This document shows positions 48,382-62,222 of a DNA stretch of 64,000 nucleotides, in pieces (position 1 is the first letter of the stretch; every line of letters starts with the position of its first letter). The stretch is from Puccinia triticina. Its lineage: Eukaryota. The notes under the pieces are model-generated. The model was given only the letters and a program-made list of their open reading frames with translations, ran no database searches and had not been told where the DNA came from. The DNA is taken from NCBI GenBank assembly GCA_026914245.1, contig CP110440.1:1550001-1614000 (forward strand). Direction: 5' to 3'. The position numbers and the translations under genes are program-made.

Positions 48382-51300
48382 ATGAACAATCCGACAGCAG
48401 CAACAACCACACCATCAGTTGCCAACGCAAAGTCAACCGCACTCGAGCCAAAACCAAAAGAAAACAGGAACTCGATCGACCAACTCATCAACAACTACCA
48501 ACGAACTAACTCCAATCACTCAGCAACATCAGCCTCCCAACAATCTACGATCATCCAGAACGAACAGAGCAATGCCACAACAAGCCCCAATCCAGACCAA
48601 CAGGAACGCCTCCTACACTCCAGCTCACCCGCCATCCACCACCACTATCCATCCACAACCACCACCCCTCATGCCGCCTACGTCCTCCTCGCCGAATTTG
48701 ATATCGATACCGGAAGCGGGCTCAAACACCAGTACCCAGCCGCCACCGGAACAGCCGAACAGTCTGTCTTTTCTCTGACACACACACACATACATACACA
48801 ACTTGACACTGATATTCTTTTGCTCTGATTCTTAGTGTCTTGGCTGATCTCATGCTTCCCGACGGCGCCCACGACCGCAACGAGGACTGGACGGTCTTCT
48901 TCCTCAACCAGACCCCCAGACTGACCGTCACCAATAACTCCCATCTCATAAACCAGCCCCAATCAACCCCAACCTCTAATCATCATCAGCAGCAGCAGCA
49001 ACAGGAATCAAAACCTTCCATTCAACAGCCCACTTTCAACAAACCTCATAATAAGTTACTCTACGTCATCAGCCTCGTCCGGACAAAAAAGGATACCTCA
49101 GTCAGAAGGTCAGATTCTCCCTTTTTTTGGCGTTTAGCTTTTGTTTCATAATTTAATTTTCTTCTTGCTGATTTGCTGATTTTAGAAAAATTTCCCATGC
49201 TTACTTCGATGATTGATTGAATCCAGAGGGGCGATTTGCAAGGCAATGGCCGTGTGCTCATACTATCCTTATATCCAAATCTTCAAGGTCAAAAAACCTT
49301 CATCATTATAGCTGGCTTCTTTTCCTTTACTCATCATCCAAGTAACTGAACTGATTTAAACCTCGTTGAAAAAAACAGCCAATTCTATTGCTCGCGCTTG
49401 AAGATTATTTTGTAAACCCATCGATCGACTGTCTTGCTCGGCTATTTCACGCGATCAACACGATGGATACCAGCGGGCTGCCCGATCTGACCTATCACGA
49501 ACGATTGATTCTGAGATGTTCGGAACGCCAAGATATGTTTGAGGAGAAATTCACGAGCTCCTCGGCCGAGAATCGCGAGCCTGTCGACGGCCCACTGTCT
49601 ACGATCGCATCCAGTCACAGCCAGAATAACCTGAGCCTGCCCTCATCAAATTTCCCAATCTTCTATAATCACCCGCCCTCAACTGCGACCAAGGCCAGCT
49701 TCACAGACTCCAGTCCAGGCACGCCACTCATGCCTTCCTCATCATCTTTCATCTCATTCGACACCCGATCAGTCTACTCAAATCCGCCCCACCAACGCAC
49801 ATTGTCAGGCTCGTATTCGAACGCCAGCTCGGTTGAATCCCCTGGCAAGCCGACCTCCCACCAGGCTTTCAAAGGCTCCCACAGCCGCACTCCCAGCAAT
49901 CTACCCAACCATCTCCACTCTTCCTCCTCTCAATCTCACCACCAGTACACCTCCAACAATAGCACACTCAACCACTATCGCACACCGTCCCAGAAACGGC
50001 CTCGCGATACTCATTTCTTTGACACGAAGATCGAGTACGCTGGGAAAGCCATTCCGGTCAGGATCCCTTTACAAACCTTCCCGGAAGAAGTCGGAGAAGT
50101 TGAGCGCCCCCTCTCACTCATCTCAACCTGCCCACAACCCAAGACTGCAGGAAGCTTACGCCCGAAATTTCTGGATGGATCGAATGACAGTATTCGTTAA
50201 TCAAGCTGATCCAGACCTTCTCGTCCCCGAATGCGTTGAATCCGAACGGGCCATTCCACCCCCATTTGCACTCCAGCGGCGCGTTCACCCACCCCATCGT
50301 CTTTCTCTTCAACGCCCTCATCACCCAGAAACGCATCGTGTTCTTGGGCCACGGCTTGCCTGCTGGCCATGTCTCCGAGATGGTCCTGGCTGCCTGCGCC
50401 CTCGGATCCGGCTGTGGGGGAGTCCTTGAAGGCTTTATTTCCAGGGCGTTTCCGTACTGCAATCTGACGATCTACGAAGACTTTAAAGTGGTGTGAGCAT
50501 CGCTTGAGTGTTTTTTTTTTTTTTTCTTCATCATGCGGGAGAAAACACAATTATTGACACAGACTAGCTCGATTGATATGTTAGACCTGGGTATATCGCC
50601 GGTGTGACCAATCCGATCTTCGAACTGCACACGGATGCCTGGGACGTGTTCTGTAACATCGAGACGGGCAAGATCACGGTCTCGAAAGAGATCGCGATTC
50701 CGCTCCACTCTGTCCGTCCCTTCTCACCCGCCCCGCCGGAGCGCTCGACCACCGAACTCACCACCGCTAGTGGCGCCGTCCTCGGCGGATTGCCTCTCGG
50801 AAATATCCCTTCCTCCAGCTCGAATGTTAAGGACGACTCCCATCTCCTCAAAAGCTCTAATGCTATCGGTAGTCTTAAAAATGACGCGGCTATCGCTAAG
50901 GATTCGTTGGACAATTTGTTGATGGAAGACGTGCGCTCGCTTTCTCTTTCTCAACCTCCCTCCTTCCTCCGTTGCTCAGTCAAAAAGGACAGGCTCGACT
51001 GACCATTTTTATCCAATGAAATCAGATTTTACAAGCGATTCAAGCCCACTTTGGCGAGCCGATCATCCGGGCAAGGATGATGGACTACGTGAGACGATTT
51101 ATTAGGATTGGGTCGCGGTGGGAGGAAGATCAATACGGGACGAGCGGGATCGGGATCAAGACGCTGACCTTCAAGGTCCTTCCCACACTCCGCTCTCGGA
51201 CCAACAGCGCCAACAACACTTCTCAGTCGGCTAACCAAGGCTCCACGGCTTCCAGTCGCTCTCAACTCGTCAACGAGAAGATCAAGTTCCTCGGCTCAGG

Positions 51301-52151
51301 CGCCGTCTTCGTCGACGACGAAGCCGCTCATAAAAAGGAAATCCTGCTCAACTCGTCCAGAATCGAAGGCTGGAGGGAAACTGACTCGTATCAAATCCTC
51401 AAAAAAGTTCGTCGTGCTTGTAGTTTTTATATCGATTTCTCGTCACGATAGACTCACCTTGCTTGTTGGAAATATAGAAGTTTGAGGTTGGTGGGGAGAC
51501 CCATTTCGGGTACGATATCTCCCATCAGATCAGCCGGTTGAGGATGTCTCGGAAAATGACAGAGGTGGAAGTGGAGACGATCTACGAGGTGTTGGTACAC
51601 ACGATCGAGACGGATGAGCAAGTACTCGAGGTAAGCCCTCCACTCACACCAGTCAAAAAAAGAAGAAAAAATGAACCCATGTGATCTTTAATCAGGTTTT
51701 ATCGTGGTTGCCGTCGTATCTGGGAGGCCTGCTACCGCTCAGCTTCGGGCTCTTCCACCCCTCGAAAAAGATCCGCGGCCTGAGCGTGGAGCTGGTGCGC
51801 AAGTTCGAGGCGCACCCGATCGGCCAGAAGTTTTTCAAGAGCCTCAACCACTTCAACAAGCTCGCCTACCAACGGCTGGCCCATTACCAGCTCGTCCGGC
51901 CCCTCCACCACCACCACCAGCAGCAGCAGCAGCATCAGAATGAGAGGGAGAGGGGCGAGAGTCACGAGGGCTTCGAGAAGTCGCCGCTCGACGCCAAGCT
52001 CATCGGCCATTTCAGCCATCTCTCCTTCCACCCTTCCTCCTTCCCCGCCTCCTCCGCCTCCTCTATCTCCTCCATCTCCCGCCATCCTAGCATCATCCGC
52101 GCCAGATCTTCTTCCGCTAATACGGAGGCCGAATCCTTCCTTGAGTTCTAG
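48382..52151 (+). CDS. mesA: Afi1/MesA-family polarity protein (Afi1 N-terminal + SPA domains), multi-exon
   Basis: [98 protein letters not shown]...[12 protein letters not shown]. Canonical GT-AG introns. Confidence 0.9.
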
Positions 52152-52476
52152 TCCTCCTAGCAACCCTCTTCTCTTTTCCTTTCCTGCGTGCCCCGCTTTT
52201 GTATCTTCTCTATTTATGTCTGGCGGGCCGTGTGTGTATGTATGTGTGTTGATACATCCTGCCACTTGTGTTTGTACGTTTATTTTCTTTCAGGGGCTTG
52301 CTCAATCTAGCTTCGGAGGTGAGAGCTATTGGCAGGGAAACTGGCGCTCTCACGTTCGCCTGAACTTGCAATACATTCCTGAAGAAGATTTTTCGATGGA
52401 ATTGTGGCATGATCTTCTGCTGATGAGGAAAGACTATGAAGTATGTACAAGAAGAACAGAAGAAACTGAGTGGACA

Positions 52477-53883
52477 TTATGGCCTGCGAGCAACAAGAGA
52501 TCCGACACACTCGGTGTAGACTTTGATGACCCGGCGGTAAAGATTGTTCCACTGACAAAACCAGTACTTGTGGAAGATCTTAGGCGAGTCATGACCGAAC
52601 AAGGGGACAAAAAATGAGTCCATCATGACCAGGATCACTTCAGGGGTCGAGACAACAGCAGCGATTGAGTCTCGTAGAAACACGGGGTCGTCGAACCGGT
52701 CCTCGGCGATACCTTCTGAGAGAGCCAGGACGACGTCTTTGATGCTGATGGCCAGCTTCGTCGTCAAGGTGACGAAGACATCGAGCTCTCTTGTTGTCGA
52801 ATCGGGGACCATGCGGAAGTGATTGGTGTCGCGGGAGATCTTCAACAGCTGGGCCATCAACAAGCGTGATAGTTTGACTGATGCGATCACTAGTGCTGTC
52901 ATCTGGGCCTGCGGCATGCCGGGCCGCGGTTGGAGGAGGATCAGGGTCTCGGTTCTGCGGTCCGCGTCGGGGTGCTCTTCGGAGTCGTCTTCTGGGCGGG
53001 ACATTGCTTGCAGGATGGCCGAGTGTCGGCTCTGCTCGGTGAAGCAGGACGGGGCTTGGCTGGCGAATCGGGCGAACGCCTCGAGCGTCTCGTCCAGCAA
53101 GTCAATGCTTGCCCGCCACTCGTCCTGGATATGGTTTAGCTCGGACTTGTCCATGAAGGCGAGGGCCTCGTCGATTGAATCCACGCACATCTCCGTTGTC
53201 GTCAGCACCTGGGTCTTCTTCTGGGGAAGATGCCCGAAGTCGTGGCCAGCCTCTTGGATCAGATCACGGTACATTTGGAGCAATTCGCACACGTCTTCGG
53301 TCAGCGCGTAGACTCTGGCAGCCAGCCGGCTACAGATAAATGCCTTCAGTTTCTCGAAGTCCTTGTCGTGTCTCACTTCTCCTGTCTCTAAGTCTGGGCT
53401 GATGCAAGCGATGGCGAATTTCAGCTTGGACATGGTCGTGTCGAGGTTGGCGAGGACTTTGAGGACGAGCTGGATCTTGGAGATCGGCGTGACGATCCCA
53501 TCGAGCTGGCCGACGAGCACTTTCGAGAGCGAGACCACCTGGCGCTTCAGGGCCGGCAAGTCTTTGGAGTGCAGCTGGGCCAGGAGCCGCTTCCGTTTGT
53601 CGACCTGGTTGTAGAGCACGAGCGGGTCGGCCGGCCGGACGGTGCTGTCCCACAGCGCCAGATACGTCGCGCGGATCCGAGTCAGCTCGTCCACAAACAG
53701 CACTGGGCAGAGGCGGTCGGGAGGTCGTTGTGCCGTCAGTCCGTGTGCTCAACAATCGCCCATGTCAGAGCCGCACAACTTACCCTCGTAGTCGCGGATC
53801 TGCCGGGGACGGGCGCGGGCTCCAAGCGCGCCGAACGAGGCGACTAGCCCGGATATTGCGCGGTCTTGGGTGTTCGCGGCCAT
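52477..53883 (-). CDS. Hypothetical alpha-helical protein, probably from a lineage-expanded family
   Basis: Exon 1 MAANTQDRA...DYE, then an intron gtaagt...ctgac...cag (~53703-53783), then a 408-codon open frame. Confidence 0.75.
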
Positions 53884-54367
53884 CGATCCGTCCGGGGTCC
53901 AGATGGTCGTCGCGGGTATGCGCAAAGATGCGGAGGATGCAACGGGAGGATATTGGAAGCTCGGGGGCAGCCTGGGATGGCCTGGACTATATTGTATGTA
54001 CTGGCGCACCCTCCTCGTGCCCGTGACACCAATGGCCGCCCGCCCCTCGCCCTCCCAATTACGGGCTTGGGCCCGCCTCCTCGGCTCAGGATCACCGCCG
54101 CCCGACGGGCTCAGACGCCTGCAGCTATCCCCTTTGGGTATCCTTACGACCAGCGCCTCCGCCGCAAGATGACGAGGGCGCCCCTTCCTCCGTTTCTTTT
54201 CTCCGTTGCTTCTTACGAATTACGTACGCACCTCTGCGCTTTCACATTCATTTCACATGCCTTTCACACTCGTCCCGCTTAGCCCGCCCCATATGTACCA
54301 GTTCGATGGTCTCCTGGCTTTGCCGTAAGCTGGTTGACCTCCGGAGAATCGCCTCACTTGACCAGGG

Positions 54368-54826
54368 ATGGTGAGCACAGACCACTCTGCCTGCGGGCCA
54401 TCCACACTGACTGACACCGTTCGACGCCCACAGGGAAACTCGGACAAACAGATCGGAGGTGAGTGGGTGCTGAGGATGTGTGGCGAGGAAACGGTGAGCT
54501 GAGGAACGGACGATGGCTGCAGTGGCGATCTTCTTCATCGGCTCGCTGGCGTTCAGCTACTACACCCTCTCAGCCCTCGTCGTCCTCCTCCTCCCCAACA
54601 ACCCGACGGCCGCCAAATACTTCCTCTCCTACCCAGTCCTCCTCAAGATCCCCACCATCGGCCTCGTCCTCTTCATCTCCACCGTCGGCACCTGCATCTC
54701 GCTGCTCATGTATGTCCCCGTTCTCTGGACTTCACTTGCCCGCGATCTGTTAACTCGAATCTTCCCAGGATCAAAGAAGCTCTCAAGGATAACGCCAAAC
54801 ATCAGCAGCGGCATGCTCGCGCTTGA
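54368..54826 (+). CDS. DPM2: Dolichol-phosphate mannose synthase regulatory subunit DPM2 homolog (4 exons; possibly a degenerate copy)
   Basis: Exons 54368-54370, 54434-54458, 54523-54709 and 54769-54826 give MGNSDKQIGVAIFFIGSLAFSYYTLSALVVLLLPNNPTAAKYFLSYPVLLKIPTIGLVLFISTVGTCISLLMIKE..., matching the DPM2 pattern D..G...F.YYT...KYFL.....IP......VG..IS..M.K with two TM helices. Confidence 0.8.
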
Positions 54827-55472
54827 TGATCGTTTTGTAAACCCATCGATCGACTGTCTTGCTCGGCTACTTCACACGCTCAACACAAGAGCTGCCCGAT
54901 CTCACCTATCACGAACAATTAATTCTGAGATGTTTAAGATGTGCTTGAGGAGAAATGCACGAGCTCCTCGGCCGAGAATCGCGCGCCTGTCCACCGTCTA
55001 CCATCCCATCCAGTCACCGCCAGAATAACCCGAGCCTGCCCTCATCAAGTTTCCCAATCTTCTATAATCACCCGCCCTCAACTGCGACCAAGGCCAGCGT
55101 CACAGACTCCAGTCCAGGCACGCCACTGCTCAGCGTCTTTCATCTCCTTCGACACCCGATCAGTCTGCTCCACTCCGCCCCGCCAACGTACACTGTCAGG
55201 CTCGTATCCGAACGCCAGCTCGCTCGAAGCCCCTGGCAAGCCGACCTCCCACCAGGCTCCCACAGCCGCACGCCCAGCAACCTACCCATCCATCTCCAAT
55301 CTCACCACCAGGACACCGCCAACAATCCCACACGCAACCTCTATCGCACTCCGTCCCAGAAACGGCCTCGCGATCCTCGTTTCTTTCATGCGAAGATCGA
55401 GGACGCTGGGAAAGCCAGTCCGGGCATCGCTTCACGGCAGAAGTCCGAGCAGTGGCGCGCCCTCTCTCGCTC
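54814..55472 (+). pseudogene. Partial duplicate of mesA exon 4 plus the start of the next intron
   Basis: Colinear similarity to 49389-50119 with several short deletions and frameshifts. Confidence 0.9.
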
Positions 55473-56123
55473 TGCGCAGGCCCCCCACCCTGCGGCACAT
55501 GTGCACTCTCTTCTGCACATGACACCCGTTTGTGTACACATGCCCCAGTCGGGACCGGCCGCAACGCCACCGCCCTCGTTGCCGTCGGCCTTCCCCGCGT
55601 CCACCAGGGATCGTTGGAGGCCCAGGGCCATACCTAGATGGCCTGGGCCTAGCCCGTGGTAAAATAACCCGCGGACCATGTCGGTGGGCCCCCAGCGTCA
55701 CAGGAAGATGGGGACAGGGCCCCTCGGACTACTTGGTGGCTCTTCAAAGCTTGTCAGAATCTTGTTTCTGCAAGCCCTCTCTGAGTCCGGCCGCACAAAG
55801 CTCCGGGTGGACAGCCCCAAGCTGTGCGTCCTCAACCTTACATAGTCGGCCCCCCCTTCTGGGTTGGCAGCCTGGCACCCCTTAAGGAGGAGACAGAGAC
55901 CCTGCGGGGCTCTCCTCCATAGAGGCTGTGTTAAGCTGAGTGCAACCTTATTATTATTATTTTCAATGTAATTAATTTTATGGTAAGTAAACAATGGGTG
56001 AAAAGATTTCGAGAGCTTGCCGCATATAACGGAACCAGCGGATGCAAGCTGTTTGTTTTTTATGCCAAAAACTGTGGCTGCATGGTAGGAGAATAATAGC
56101 AATACATGGCAGTTGCGCGGATT

Positions 56124-58188
56124 AAGGTTTCGGCTGTCAAAACTGCCGTCAGAGACAACTGGCCGGTGAGATTGACCGCTCACTAGCGGGTCTCCCGTCA
56201 ACCGTCAAAATGACGGGTGAATTAACCGCGTACCCGCCGGCACTTGACTTCAGGCAAGTTTAACATAACTTGCCTGGGGTCGGTTTGCCGATGCACCCGC
56301 TTGACCGGACAACAGCCGGTGAGAACAGTGGCAAGATGCCAGCCTCCAGGCTAACCCAAAAAAAGGGCAGAGGGGGCCAAGACAAAGTCCGCCCAGAGGG
56401 ACACGTCACCCTCGGCCCTCACCCATCCACCCGCCTCATTTTTTCTAAGTCCGCTCATCGGATCACCACCACCCTCCATCTCCCCCACCCTCACTAACCC
56501 ACATCCTCAGACATGTCCCTCTGACCTCTCGCATGTTCAGATTACGGTGCTGGCTGCCGCTCCCACTCGCACTTGACCGATCTTCCTGATAATCGACGAC
56601 GATGGGCTCCATTTCAATGTCATGCAGGTTCGTCTGACCACAAGATCAATCTTGGCTTCTCGGCATTTCTTTCTCATCCGGTGCTAGTGTTGAGTTGTGC
56701 TTTCATTTTTGACATTCTAATAGCTGACCATCATGAAGTCCGCGGGTAACTGCGCGGGCCGCCTACTGGTCGGGCTCCTGCACAAGCCTCCCAAGCACAT
56801 CGTATCTCCTTGGTTCGCGGTTACTTGATTGAACTCGCTGGTAGCTCAGTATGGACGCTCAACCCTCCGTTTCTGCTGTTCGAAGCTCTTTATCTAAAGT
56901 CTCAACCCCGGAACACCTGCGCACGGCAACCCCTCTGTCGCCATCCAACGCGAGCTCCATTTCCAGTAGTCCACTAGCTGAGTCTTCTGTGTCTGGATTG
57001 GCAGCTTCAAACCATGCGCCACGCAACCTGCCGCACAAACCTCTTGATCATCAGGCCGCAGACGAGTCGGCTTCGAAGCAGAGTGAACCTGTAGCAGCCA
57101 AGTTAGCAAGTCCCGTCGGTGTACCAACTTCCAATATTTCTAGCCCTCCGGATTTTTTGCCATGAGCCTTCTCAATTTAAATCATCATCCCGCTCGAGCG
57201 ACAATTTTGCCAAACATTTCGTAGGATTTTCAAGTCACCGTTGAGGTTCCTGAATCAGATCTACGCTCCGTCATTGATAACCAATATTCTGGTGAGGCGC
57301 AAATTCAGCATCTTTTTAGGAAATGTCATTCAGCCGCTGATCTGCTATCTGATTTCCGAGAAGGTGGTCTCTGGTTTGACAGTCACTTTGAGGAAGCTAT
57401 GAAATATGCTCGACAATCAGTATCGGATCAAGATATCAGACGATGTGTGTACCACACATCTGATTTATGTATGATGGATGAGAAGCTGAATAGCTTATTT
57501 ATTTATTTATTTATTTTTTGATGGCAGATTCTTCCCTGGGAACGTGATGTTTCCCGACGTCCCGGCAGAGTGGATCTGAGTCCCGACCCCCCTCGAATGT
57601 GACATTGAAACACGGTCACTCATCGCACAGTACGGGGCTGAACCATCTCAAGAAGATATGGCGGCGCTTCTACAAGCAGAAGTCACCCTTGCCCTTGCCC
57701 CGTAGCGTGGTGACCGTACATTTCCTTTCCCTTTTTTCTAATCTTCCCTTTTCATTCCGTTTCTCTCCTAACAGTAGAATGTTGTACAAAAAAAAACAAT
57801 CAAAGAACCAAAAAAAAAAACATAAAAAAACACAAAAAACAAAAACAAAACTGTAAAATGCAATAAAAAACAAAAAGTGTGCCCTGGTGGCCGATGAAAC
57901 CTGCTGTGAGTGTCTCAAAGTGCCAAACCGAGCTCAGAGAGCCTGCGATCGAGGCTGGAACGACCCGTTTTCGTATCGGGGCTGGGGGGGCGGTGGTTTG
58001 ACGTTTCGGGTTCGACGGCAGATTGCCGGATGGGTCAACCCGCCCTTTCTTTTGCCAGCGGGTTGTCCATTTGCGCATCGCCGGGCGTGCTGGCAAAGTC
58101 GTCGGTCCGCTTGACGGTTGACGGGAGACCGGCTTGCGAACGGTCGGCAATGAATGGGGGAGGTCCGTCAAATTGACGACCGAACTTT
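56124..58188. mobile_element. Probable degenerate TIR element with a decayed internal gene
   Basis: Perfect 20-bp inverted pair 56189-56208 / 58111-58130 and weaker terminal similarity. Broken spliced + strand gene at ~56513-57710. No TSD recognised. Confidence 0.45.
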
Positions 58189-58301
58189 GGGCGCTTTGCC
58201 GGCGCCACGCAACTGCCGTGTAGCTTCATCGATGGGGCCAAGGCCCGAGGCTGGCATAGATGTGTCAGAAGCATGTCAAGTTGTTCAAATTTGATTCAAG
58301 C

Positions 58302-59010
58302 TTAGACGCCACGGTACAGTTGATATATCAAGCAATAGATCAAAAGACATGCGCAAAAAGTGGGAAAAGCGACCAGAGCAAGCATCTCCAACTCGTTTGG
58401 CCTCCCGTGCAATGCCTCTCTTGCCCTCGAATCGACCGTTCGGCACACGGGTCAGGTGTCTTTCTTCTTGAACCATCGCTTGATACATCCAGTGCAAAAT
58501 GAATGCTTGCATGCTCGAAGCACTTTGGCCAGCGAGACCGTATGGAGGCATATTGCGCATTCCTTTTCCGATGTTTGGATGGGAATGTTGGTCCGGACGG
58601 CTTCATTCTTGCCAATCGGCAACGTTACCTCGGGCTGCTCGCCTCCGCAGAAAGAAAAAAACCATTTCAGCTCGTAGAGAAGCCTTAGCCCTTGAGGCTC
58701 TGCAATGTTGTGGAAGAAAATGCACGGACGTCGGGGGGTGCTCCTGGAGGCAAATTCACATTGACTTGAGTCACGTGGTGTTCAAATGGGGAGGACCGGC
58801 TATTGGGCTCTGCAGCATGCCCGACACGCGAATACTGCGCGAGTTCTACCGCATATTTCACTTGCAAGCTATGCCCAACGAGCTGAAAATTCATCCATTG
58901 GTGGTAAGATTCAAGAATTACACTCCCATGTCAATGTAATCGAATGGTGGGCGCTTAACTATCAAACATAATAACCGCGCAGCCATCGCAAAAAAGCGAG
59001 GGATTTGTAT
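58302..59010 (-). pseudogene. RING (C3HC4) protein with signal peptide and C-terminal TM; pseudogene paralog of 61482-62222
   Basis: CAICLHTVSLAKVLRACKHSFCTGCIKRWFKKKDT*PVC, with TGA (58452-58454) at a Cys ligand. The first ATG reads ATA. Intron positions match the paralog. Confidence 0.8.
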
Positions 59011-60196
59011 TCTCAAGGACGCAGTAAGGTCAAGGAGGGTTTCAGCCGGTGTGCGTGGGTCAAGCTTATGCGCAAGTTTTAATTTTTGGTAGAAGTTGCT
59101 GATGGATGGCACCTAACGATAAGATGGTAAGTAGAACAAGTTGAATTTTGTTGCCTGCAACGAGGATAATCCGGCAACACACAATTGATAACTCAGCCTG
59201 TCGCACTCAACAAGAATTAGCCGCCAGCACAGATAACGTTCACGCCTAATCGAGATACAACGGTGTTATGAAGAAGAATGTCAGATCAAATGTTGGCAAC
59301 AAAACTTTGTAGAAAGAGAATATGTTAACCTGAATTAGATATACGGTCCGGGTAACAAGCAAGGTGGCTGAGGCGAATGGATGCGGAGAGAGATGGGGGC
59401 ACGACAGATGGTAGAACTGCAAATAAAAGAGCATTTAGCAAAAAAGATAAACAAGAAGTCATATTGTTAGTGTTGCCAACGAGTGTTTGGTTGTCCTCGG
59501 GATGGAAAATCAGGAAGATTGGTGCTTACTGTCCCAGTCTTTCCTTGCTTTCAAGGGTTATATCAGTGTGCAGGACGGAGTAGTCAGACTGGCGCGGTTG
59601 ATCTTTAGTCATAGGTGATTGGTGGAACGTGTTATCCAGCTGATCGATCGTTTTATGGTTGCTCCCCATTCAGACCGGAACATCAGGGGATGTTTCATCA
59701 AACTCGCGTAACCCAAGCCGCCGGAAGTATCCAATCACAAGAAAGGTGAACCCCTGGAGGACTTCCCATCAATCTAGCAAGCAGGCCATTTTCCATCTCT
59801 TGGTAGAAACTGCTTTTGCGCCCCTTTGGAAATGGAAAGTAGCATTTAGCTGGTACTTTCCTGCAAACCCAATAGAAGCTGTCCACTAACCTCTTCAATT
59901 TTGACATCAGATGCAATTGATTCAGCCATCTTCAGCACCATAATATCATTATTACTCTTTTGACCAATGTACCCATGAACAGGTACCTTCTGTGGCTCTG
60001 AGGCAGCAGGTACCCACCTGTGGGTCCCTTGTGCCATCTCTAAAGTGAATGCAATTGTCTGGCAGTTATGTATGATTCCGTGTCCAAAATTGTTAAGAGA
60101 GAGCTACACAATTGCATAAGAATGGCTACAAAGGCATTAGTACATAATTAGCTAATCAATACGTACATAATCAAAACCCTAACCTAGTTACATTGG

Positions 60197-60493
60197 ATCT
60201 GCAAACCTAACCAGGTAACTAGACTATATGTATCCTCACGGGTGGTCTCTCTCCTCATCAAGATTGGAGACCAGATTTTCTTGCGGAGAGCTTACTGCAT
60301 TGGACTGTCATTATATAGCTTCCCTTGAGTCTTTACAAAAATTATGGCTGTGCAGGAGAAGAATGTAAGAGTATGGCTGGAAGATTCAGGAAGATTCAAG
60401 ATTAGCAAAACTAGATTTAGACATACTCATGTTTTTAGCTCCAAACCTAGTTAGTCACACTCCTGGCGATTCACCTGGTTAGGGTTTGTAGAT
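60197..60493. mobile_element. Possible MITE
   Basis: Imperfect ~20-bp inverted ends atctgcaaacctaaccaggt / acctggttagggtttgtagat. TSD unclear. Confidence 0.35.
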
Positions 60494-61058
60494 AGTATTT
60501 AGCCTGGCCAGTCATGCACCCGGCTTCAATCTCTTTTCCTCACCATCCATTAAGACCTAGACGCTGCAAGGAGGTCTCGCCGGGGTTTCCCTGTGGGTGA
60601 ACCACTGGCTGTACCACACTGTCTTTTTAGGGCCTCCGCGCCCTCCGTCTTGGGAGGGATGTGAGGGGTCACTGCACGTCAGCTTTTGGAAATTTGGCTT
60701 TCTGCTAGTTCTCCCGTCTTGGATTGTTGTCTACCCCATTATCCTTCTTATTCAGTCTGTTTCCTATCCTATTAGGGCTTGTTAATTCTTTCTCTGTCTC
60801 CTCCTCACTCGGTTGTTGACTAACTCACATCCACCATCACAGTTACATCCCAATATTCCTACTGCTTACTCTCCGGTTGTCCACTTCTCCTACTTTACTT
60901 GTTCCACCAGGGTTGGTTTCTTTTTCTTAAGCCCTACTGCCTTCCTTGATATTGTTCTCATGTTCTCTTTCTTCTCAGATCTGGTTTTGTTTTCTAGAAA
61001 TTTAGTCTAAGTTCAATAATTAATCAATGGAGTGGTAAGAAAAGAGAAAGTCTAATTA

Positions 61059-61282
61059 GGCCGTGTTTGGCAGCATCATATTACACCACATAATGCTTAA
61101 AACACACTACTCTAATTACATATCGTAAAAAACAACTTTTAAGAATAATATTCTGTAAGCAAGCTGCCATAAAGCTTGATAGTTTAATTCCAAATGATCA
61201 AGCCAAAAGATGTTGTTTACATGATGTAAATGGACATGCAGCAATTATTCATTGTCTAATAATCACGCTGCCAAACACGGCC
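61059..61282. mobile_element. PIF/Harbinger (Tourist-like) MITE
   Basis: Perfect 16-bp TIR ggccgtgtttggcagc with TWA flanks (tta/taa). Confidence 0.8.
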
Positions 61283-61481
61283 TAAATGTTTTGACACTCA
61301 TCTTCACTCGGATTTTCTGCACATCTGGATTCCAACAATCTGTTAGCTGTGTATAATTTTCTTTCAAAATTTATGGCTGCATAGGCGGAGGGTGATAGTA
61401 GAAGTTTCATTCATGGGGGTAAAGTGTAGGAAAGCAGCTGAAAAATGTGTGCCATAAGCTTTCTAAGTTACTGAGATCTGA

Positions 61482-62222
61482 TCAAAAGAAGATGTGGTGA
61501 TTATTATTAACAGACCACGTAAAGAACAAGAACACAAAATACAAAGGAATAGCAATAGCAGCCAGGGGCCCCCGGAGTCCTACCCGGTCTTCGAATGCCA
61601 TTACGGCATCAGTGTCAGCCTTTTGGCAAACTGGACAGGTATAAGTTTCTTCAAACCGTTTTGCAATACATCCAGAGCAAAATTCATGCCCGCAATTTGG
61701 AAGCCTTCTGGGGTATGATATCTCTTCACCGCAAATTCGGCAATCGTTTGGATTGGGAATGTTGATGGGTTTTTCACCACTGGAGCTTCCGAGACCAGTA
61801 GGTGTGTGACTCGAAGTTTCTGGAGTTGTTCTGCGGGCTTTTTGGTCTTCACCGATTGACAAATGTACTTCGGGCTGCTCACCTCGCCAGATAAAAAAGT
61901 ACTTCAGCTTTTATGGACCGTGAAAATTAAGGCTCAATGTTAGAGAAAGAATATTCACTAACATTGGAAGCTGATCCTTGCGTTAAATTGATCTTGCCTT
62001 GACTTGAGTGAAGCGGCTTGGACTGACTAGCGGACTCAGCGTCCACAATGAGTGAATACTGCCCAATTTTGATTTCAGATTGCACTTGTAAGCTTTGCCC
62101 AACGAGCTGAGTATTGAATCATTGGTGGTAAGTTAGAATACCATGCCATAATCAAATAATGAGTGCTTAACTGTTAAGGATAATAACCACGAAGCCATAG
62201 CAAAAACTTGAGGGATTTTCAT
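61482..62222 (-). CDS. RING (C3HC4) protein with predicted signal peptide and C-terminal TM helix (3 exons)
   Basis: MKIPQVFAMASWLLSLT|LVGQSLQV...; CRICGEEISYPRRLPNCGHEFCSGC...TCPVC; hydrophobic tail LAAIAIPLYFVFLFFTW. Confidence 0.75.

Noticed and set aside
58452..58454. Selenocysteine recoding of the TGA at a RING cysteine
   Set aside because: Dikarya are not known to have Sec machinery, and the same copy has also lost its first ATG, so a pseudogene is the simpler reading.
60170..60215. Telomere-like aaaccctaa motifs
   Set aside because: Isolated rather than tandem, and better explained as MITE ends.
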